From contig NC_092677.1 in assembly GCF_964355755.1 (NCBI RefSeq), positions 27,639,175 through 27,703,174 on the forward strand: a stretch of DNA of 64,000 bases. The letters run 5' to 3'. Position numbers and translations under genes: made by a program. The DNA comes from Antedon mediterranea. Taxonomy: Eukaryota; Animalia; Echinodermata. Below, one piece after another: positions 57,401 through 64,000 of this stretch. The notes under the pieces are model-generated. The model was not told where the DNA came from and did not search any database. It worked only from the letters and a program-made list of their open reading frames with translations. Position 1 is the first letter of the stretch, and each line of letters opens with the position of its first letter.

Positions 57401-60400
57401 CACACCAGATAACGAAAAACTTTTAGGCGACAACATTCAAGGTAAAAATGAATTACATAACATTTAGATTGTATATGACAGAGTATAGTTTAGTAATTAA
57501 AGATATACATCAACAATTGGATATGTTTCTCACACTTTTTTTTCTTATTTTAAAAGATGAGCCGTGTGTTCTCTGTGGTGTTGAAAAAGCTATTATTCCG
57601 TGTCAACAGTGTGGTGACGCAAGATGCGTTCAGTGTGACGCAAAATGGCATCGGCACAAAAACAGGAACAAACATATCAGGAACAAGACGCAAGTTTTGA
57701 AAGAGATTGCTGATGGAAATTCTAAGAAAGATACAGCCTCAGCGGTGGAGTGTGAACCAGAAATCAAGCAAGAAACAACAAACGAAACTGAAAACCAAGA
57801 AAATGATTTCGACAAAACAAACAAAACAGGTATTTCAATAATTGACATTTATATTTGGCAGGTTTAATAGTCGAGTACTTAGTAACGCCTTTTTAATATG
57901 ATAACTATATTATTTCATTCATTAACATTTAACAAAAATCAAAACAACAACTTAATTGAGGCCTTTCCATTTCAGAAAAAGCTTTGAATGACTGTCAGGC
58001 GATGATGGAGTCACACGTTGATACACATATGCATACTATTGACATGAATATAGGACATCTTACAAACATCAGAATTGACCCAACTCAGAAGCAAGCTGAA
58101 GAAGACATGACACGTCAAGCTTTAATAGATGAGGTCACCAGTAAAGAAGCAAAATTTGATGAAGGTTGGTTTGGAGTTTATACCTATATTAGAATATTAA
58201 AGCTTATGTACCTCTGTATACGTCTCTCCAAATAAAATTTATGAAGATAATTATAAGAATTTTAATAACGTGTTTTTTTTTAAAATAAAAAACAGACACA
58301 ATTTGTGATACATGTGGAGTTAAGGTTGGTACAATGACTTGTGATGAATGTGAAAATTCCAGATGTGATAGTTGTGATCAAAAGTGGCACAACCATTCAA
58401 AAAGAAGAACTCATCAACGAAGACATCGAAAGGAAACATTGAATAAAACTACTATTGGAGGAATGGAAGAGAATTTGGATAGAGGAGAACCAGAGTTGAA
58501 AGGAATGAAAAAGGACAGCGTCAAAGAAGCCTTTGTGAACTTTGGAAATTCGGAAAATTTAGAAAAGTCATTGAAATCGAAGGAAAATAAAGAAATTCAA
58601 CAACGTGTGACATTGCACAACATTGAAATGAGCTTAAACCAAATGCATTCAGAAAATATTGTGATCAAATCGTTTAAAAATGATCCAATTGTATGTGAAG
58701 ACATTGCCGACAGTAGAGGTAATGTCGATGTCAAACTGGACACGACACCCAGAGGTTATAGGTCAAACAGTATTGAAATGCAATTGGACCAAATGAATTC
58801 AGAAAATGTTGGAGGTAATCCTGAATTTAAAAACTACCAAAAGGGTCCTGAATTATTTCCCAGAAATGGTGGAGATACATCGGATGTCTTGCAACCAAAT
58901 CAGACAAGTACAGGTTATAGGTCAGATAATGAAGATATTCAAGGTAAAAATGAAATACATTATTATACCAGTATACAATTGATATGTTTCCCACAAATGA
59001 TAATGGTTTGTTTTATTGTTTTTAAAAGATGAGCCGTGTGTTCTCTGTGGTATTGAAAAAGCTAGTATTCCGTGTCAACAGTGTGGTGACGCAAGATGCG
59101 TTCAATGCGACGCAAAATGGCATCGACACAAAAACAGGAACAAACATATCAGGAACAAGGCGCAAGTTTTGCAAGAGGTTGCTGATGGAAATCCTAAGAA
59201 AGATACAGCCTCAACGACGGAGTGTAAACCAGAAATAAAAAAAAATGATAAAGAAACAAAAGGAGGAACTGAATGCAAAGATAATGAAAATGATTTTGAC
59301 AAACCGACAAAAGGTAAAGGGTCATTTTTTCTGAATTGTGAAAACTGTTTTGTTTATAAAAAAAACAAAAAAACAAGAGGAAAATGTTTGTTATCATGCT
59401 AAGAAAATGTAATAAAGAAAGTATGTTTATTTTGAATTGTTCCTTATGATTGAAGCATAGGTTACCGTACCATTTAGGAATATACTATTCTAGATCTCAA
59501 TTATTTATTGTATTATTATGTTAAAGAACCATGTGTTCTTTGTGGTGTCGATGACGCAATTATCCACTGTGACGAGTGTGGTGACGCAAGATGTATAAAA
59601 TGTGACACGAAATGGCATCGACACAAGAAGAGAAATTCACATAAACGAAACCAGCCTCCTTCTAATATCGAAGGTATAATAGGTTACAGCAGCACTATTA
59701 CACTACCTAACATAATGCCAGAAAAGGAGTTCAGTGATCCTGGAATCGGAGACGGTGAGTTGTTCCTTATACCAAGATATATTAGGCCTACTTATGAACT
59801 GATGATTGAAATGCGCATATAATCGCGCTTTCGTTTCAAGAGAATAAATTCTTCAGTTGCCAAAAACAGACTTCAATGCATGTTATTTGTTCATTGCAGA
59901 GATTGAACCATGTGGCATTTGTGGCAAGGAAGATGGAGCTATTATTTGCAATGAATGTGTATATATTTTCTGTAAAATTTGCGATGAAAAATATCATCAT
60001 CATAAAGATAGAAAGACACACGAAAGAAGACACAAAGGTAACAACAATTTGTTAACAAAATATAATTTTAATTGTATCCGTAATCTATAAGACAAAACGA
60101 GTATATATATGAATATACGCATGCGTATAATCCAAGCGGCTTTGGGTTCGCGTGCTAATGAATTCACCTCGTGTGGAGAACAGCTTAAACTTTGTGTTGA
60201 CCGCAAAATAGTCCGTTTTTCAGTTAATATTATATTGACATCTTACAGAAAGTAACCAGAAAATATCGGACAGAGTTGAAAATAATCTGAATCAGCCGGA
60301 AACGATGCCAGTTGGCATAAACGAGGTTTCCCAAAAACTAAAATCCGATTATGAAGTTGTAACGGAGAAAATCAACGCATTGGAATTAAGATTACAACAT

Positions 60401-62172
60401 ATGGACTACAAAGGGGATGAAGAACGCAAAGATATAGAAGGCGAACATAAGGAATTATTACGAAAAAGGCAATTACTTATGGTACGAATAGAAGCTGTTG
60501 ATGCTATTGAGAACACATCACATTCAAGCCATGCTGGTAGCACTTCTCTAAACACCTGGACGACCAAAAGTGAAGTTGCTAAATCTGATAAACCTCGAGT
60601 CGTTTCTGGAAGGTCATCACTACGATATGTCATAGATCACGACGTTGAAACAGATGGTCCCGTTGAATACGAAAACGGTAAGAACAAAATAAATAATGAA
60701 TTTGAACTCATTATTCAGTAGTACCGAAAATACGAAAATAGCACAATATTGTGCGTTGTTGTTGATAATTAAGGAGATTCTGTATACTTTAGTCGACTCA
60801 CGCTGAAAACAAGTACAGCATTTCTTATTATTTAATTTCAGTAGCAAATCAACAACATGACTCTTCGATGCAAGATGACGTAATGATGCAGGTTAGTTCA
60901 ACTTGACATGAACATATGGAATATACAGAATAATATAGAACATTAAAATACCAAATCTTTAATGGCGTCAATTATTTAAAATCAAATAATATAAATATTT
61001 TTCATTTTAAGGAGGCGAGAAATCAGGGTTTTGATTCAGATGATATACGAATTGCCAAAGAGCAATGTAAACAATCTGGTTGTAATTTTGTTCAATGGTT
61101 AAAATTCAATTATAAGGCGTTTATTGCCGAAGTATGTAAATCCGTAACAAATGAACTTCATCAGTTAATACCAGGAGTCCGAATTGCAGAAGCCTCGGTG
61201 ATACGGTCACTAGTAAAGTACCCCGGTGACGTGAACAGAGCAAAAGCAACGTGTGTTCGTAAATTCGAGGCTCAGGTAGGGACTCACTTATTTTTGCAAT
61301 AGCATAGTTCTTGGTGAAACTAAAGACAGTTTGACCATAGAAAGTAACTTGATTTGATAGACGCGCTATATAAATAGTCGCGCGCGTACGTAAGATGTTA
61401 GTACGGTACTTTAAAAATAAGGTGTCATCATAATAATTAAATGTTACGCAGTCGCAGGTAAACTAAAAATAAATAAAATTTAATTATTGTAGATTTGCGA
61501 GATCCTTCAATTCGAGTTTAGAAAAGACAGTCATAAACTTACTATGCACGAGGTTTCACAGTATCTGTACAAATGCAACGGTGATGTGGATAAGGTAATG
61601 GCGATGATTAAAACAGACGGCTACAAGCTTGACATTGCGGAGAGAATTTGGAAGTATGAAGACGAGATTGAGTCTGTATCTGTTCTATTGAAGAAACCAG
61701 AAGATTTTCAACAAGAAGAGGTGCGGATAACTTATTAAAACTTGGTTCTTAATTGACGCACGGAATGGCGTACGCGCAACGCAAGTGAATCGACCAATCA
61801 CAAGGGACAGATTGATCCATTGCGTCGTGATTGGTTAGTTTACTTGCATTGCGCTTACGTCCTTACGTACGACCTAGTTGAAACCAAGCTTAAAAGATCG
61901 AGATCCAACATAACAAGTTATTGTTTGCTCAACAAATACTAATGTATGTTTTAAGTGCTAGATTTCCATTTATTTACTTTATATTGTTTTGACAGAGACA
62001 CAAACGCTTGATAATGGCGGAGTTTGACCTGACCTGGGATGTAGCATCTAGATTGTTTGATAAGATTCAGGCGCATCGGCGGAATACAAAGACTGACGAC
62101 AGTGAATTCAGTAGATGGGTACTGAATACACTGCGCTACGCATCGAAACACAGAACAAATCCGACAAAATAA
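54411..62172 (+). CDS. HOIP/RNF31-like protein with nine B-boxes, coiled coil and HOIP-type UBA region, no RBR seen (~1,734 aa if all exons are used)
   Basis: Exons 54411-54762, 54892-55092, 55203-55922, 56041-56328, 56598-56798, 56908-57441, 57557-57829, 57976-58164, 58296-58943, 59029-59313, 59527-59754, 59900-60037, 60249-60677, 60842-60891, 61012-61275, 61493-61720, 61996-62172 (TAA); B-box pattern Cx2C..Cx2C..Cx2CDxKWH..RxxH; start codon uncertain. Confidence 0.75.
61738..61891. mobile_element. MITE family B, degenerate (others near 21250-21357, 37020-37110, 47870-48030, 50650-50790)
   Basis: CTTGGTT...CGCAACGCAAG..ACCAATCACAAG...GATTGGT..CTTGC.TTGCG...AACCAAGCT. Confidence 0.7.
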
Positions 62173-63394
62173 TAATAACAATCTTTCTCCAGAAGACAAC
62201 CGAAGTCAAACGTGAAGACAGTCCAGTCCCTAGGCCTACTTTTTATTTCCTTTGAACTCACCCGGTGTACCGCAAACGTGACTTTACTAATACAACTTAT
62301 GAATGCTTCTATGATAAGTAACTTTAAAATTCAATGGAAATTCATTAATTCAATTCTTTGCTTCGGAATCTCTGGTCCATAGAAAGTAAAATTACATATA
62401 AATGAATTAACAATAATCACTCAAGACTGTAATAATTACTACTAATTGAGAGATACACTTTAGGCTTAAGAAAGTAGAAAAGTGGCAATATACTGAACGC
62501 AAATGGAAAAAAACGCAGCATGTAGTAAAATACGATACGATAGAGTAAACATGCCAAAAAAACCTTTAAAAAACTTATATATCGATATAATTATATTTAG
62601 GCCTATGTCTGAGCCATCTTATAATTGATATGCTGTAGTTAACAATAGTTATTTTATTAGTTGCCTATCTACAAAATGATCTATTTCGAAAACAATGTTA
62701 TTTATTTCGATAATGGTTTCTTAAATACAAAAATAATATTAATATAGGTCTATTCAATTAAAAAATATGAGCATAATTTCATTACGTAATCGTAAAATAA
62801 ATAAGAAAATAATAAATATATGTGTACCTGGATGATGTCAATAATTATCTCATACAAAAAAAAAACAAAACAAAAAGAGCAGCAGCGTGCAAAACATGGT
62901 AGACATTTTTGTATTGTAGAAGATTGAGGTAGGTTTCAGCTACTATTTTCAGCTTGATTAGGTTGATAAATAATATTTCTTACTGAATGTTTTAAAAGTG
63001 TATGAGACCGTTCGGACTTTACAGTTTACACATGTAATGGTCGCATGAGGTGTAAATTTTGAGATATAGGCCTAAGGAACAATTTGAACGCGTAAAAAGG
63101 TGTAAATGTAAATTTTTGTCCCTAGAGTAATTTAGGTTATACATGTGTATTTGATTTTAAAATCTGAACACAGCTCAATTGAGTTTAAAGTCCGAGCACA
63201 GCCCCCGAGTAATTTATGTTAAACGTGTAATCGAGTTTAAAGTCCGAACACAACCTTCAAGAGATAAAATGCTATATTTTTAAGCCACAGTCCTAGTAAA
63301 AATATGACCTTTTTAAGTTTTCTAATGAAATTCATTATACCATCGTACAAAAATAAAACATTGTTGTCAATGAAATATTATGACATGAAATCAC

Positions 63395-63625
63395 CAACAA
63401 GCGAACCGTGTGTAAAACAGACCAATCAAAAGTATAAGTGAGTGAAATACAGCCGCGTCAACAAGCGAACCGTGTGCAAAATAGACTGTTCGACTATCAT
63501 ACAACCATTTTAACTGATAACAGGCGAACGTTGCTGGTTGAAAAAGTTGATGAACGAACTCACGAAGAAGCGAACCGTGTGCAAAACAGACTGTTTTAAC
63601 TGAGGAACAGACGAACGGTGTGTTA
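63395..63625. repeat. Local imperfect direct repeats
   Basis: AAGCGAACCGTGTG(T/C)AAAA(C/T)AGAC near 63399, 63463 and 63568. Confidence 0.7.
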
Positions 63626-63784
63626 AAGATGTAATGTGAGATTTTTAAGTGCAAATTAAAATTAAAAGGTAATTGATGATAATACATGTCCGTTTAAACA
63701 ACTGGTGTGGACAAAACGTACCTATGGTGATATGTAGCCTTTGTACTCATGACCATGAACTTGGTCCATGGTACCATCATTAAT

Positions 63785-64000
63785 TCATGAATATTCATTA
63801 ATCTGTGATGGCATATACGGGCTAGTATATAAAACAAAAGAAGACACATTTAAACTATTCTTCTCAATCATGGAGACATTGTACAAGCAGAAAATGTCCG
63901 GTTGTAATTCGACAACGTCAAGCAAAAGTGATAGAGAAGGCGTTGCTCTTGTTCGCCAACTCTCAATCATTCCATTTTCATCGTTAATTATCGGAACGGT
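63785..64000 (-). CDS. Possible 3' end of a minus-strand coding exon entering from beyond the window
   Basis: Frame open from the window edge (TVPIINDENGMIESWRTR...) to a stop at 63785; no recognisable motif. Confidence 0.3.
   Translation of the reverse strand, partial: TVPIINDENGMIESWRTRATPSLSLLLDVVELQPDIFCLYNVSMIEKNSLNVSSFVLYTSPYMPSQINEYS

Overview
AT-rich, intron-containing animal DNA, probably from a marine invertebrate such as an echinoderm (inferred from gene content and repeat types). Ten protein-coding genes can be built with canonical GT-AG junctions: an intronless TRIM71/lin-41 with a probable ~5.5-kb 3'UTR carrying let-7 and lin-4/miR-125 seed sites; two tandem GDAP1-like paralogs; FITM2 head-to-head with VPS4; a strongly divergent actin head-to-head with a coactosin-like gene; a speriolin-like (SPATC1L) gene with a triplicated X-box-like promoter; a CRAL-TRIO gene; and a ~1,730-aa HOIP/RNF31-like gene. 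The HOIP-like gene has nine B-boxes generated by exon-module duplication and a HOIP-type UBA region, but appears to lack the RBR catalytic domain. It has a kappaB site and a CRE upstream, making it a candidate LUBAC decoy and the most novel object here. Intergenic and intronic DNA is rich in Harbinger- and Kolobok-type MITEs, LINE tails, tandem repeats and two long palindromes. All family assignments come from recognising motifs by eye; no searches were run.
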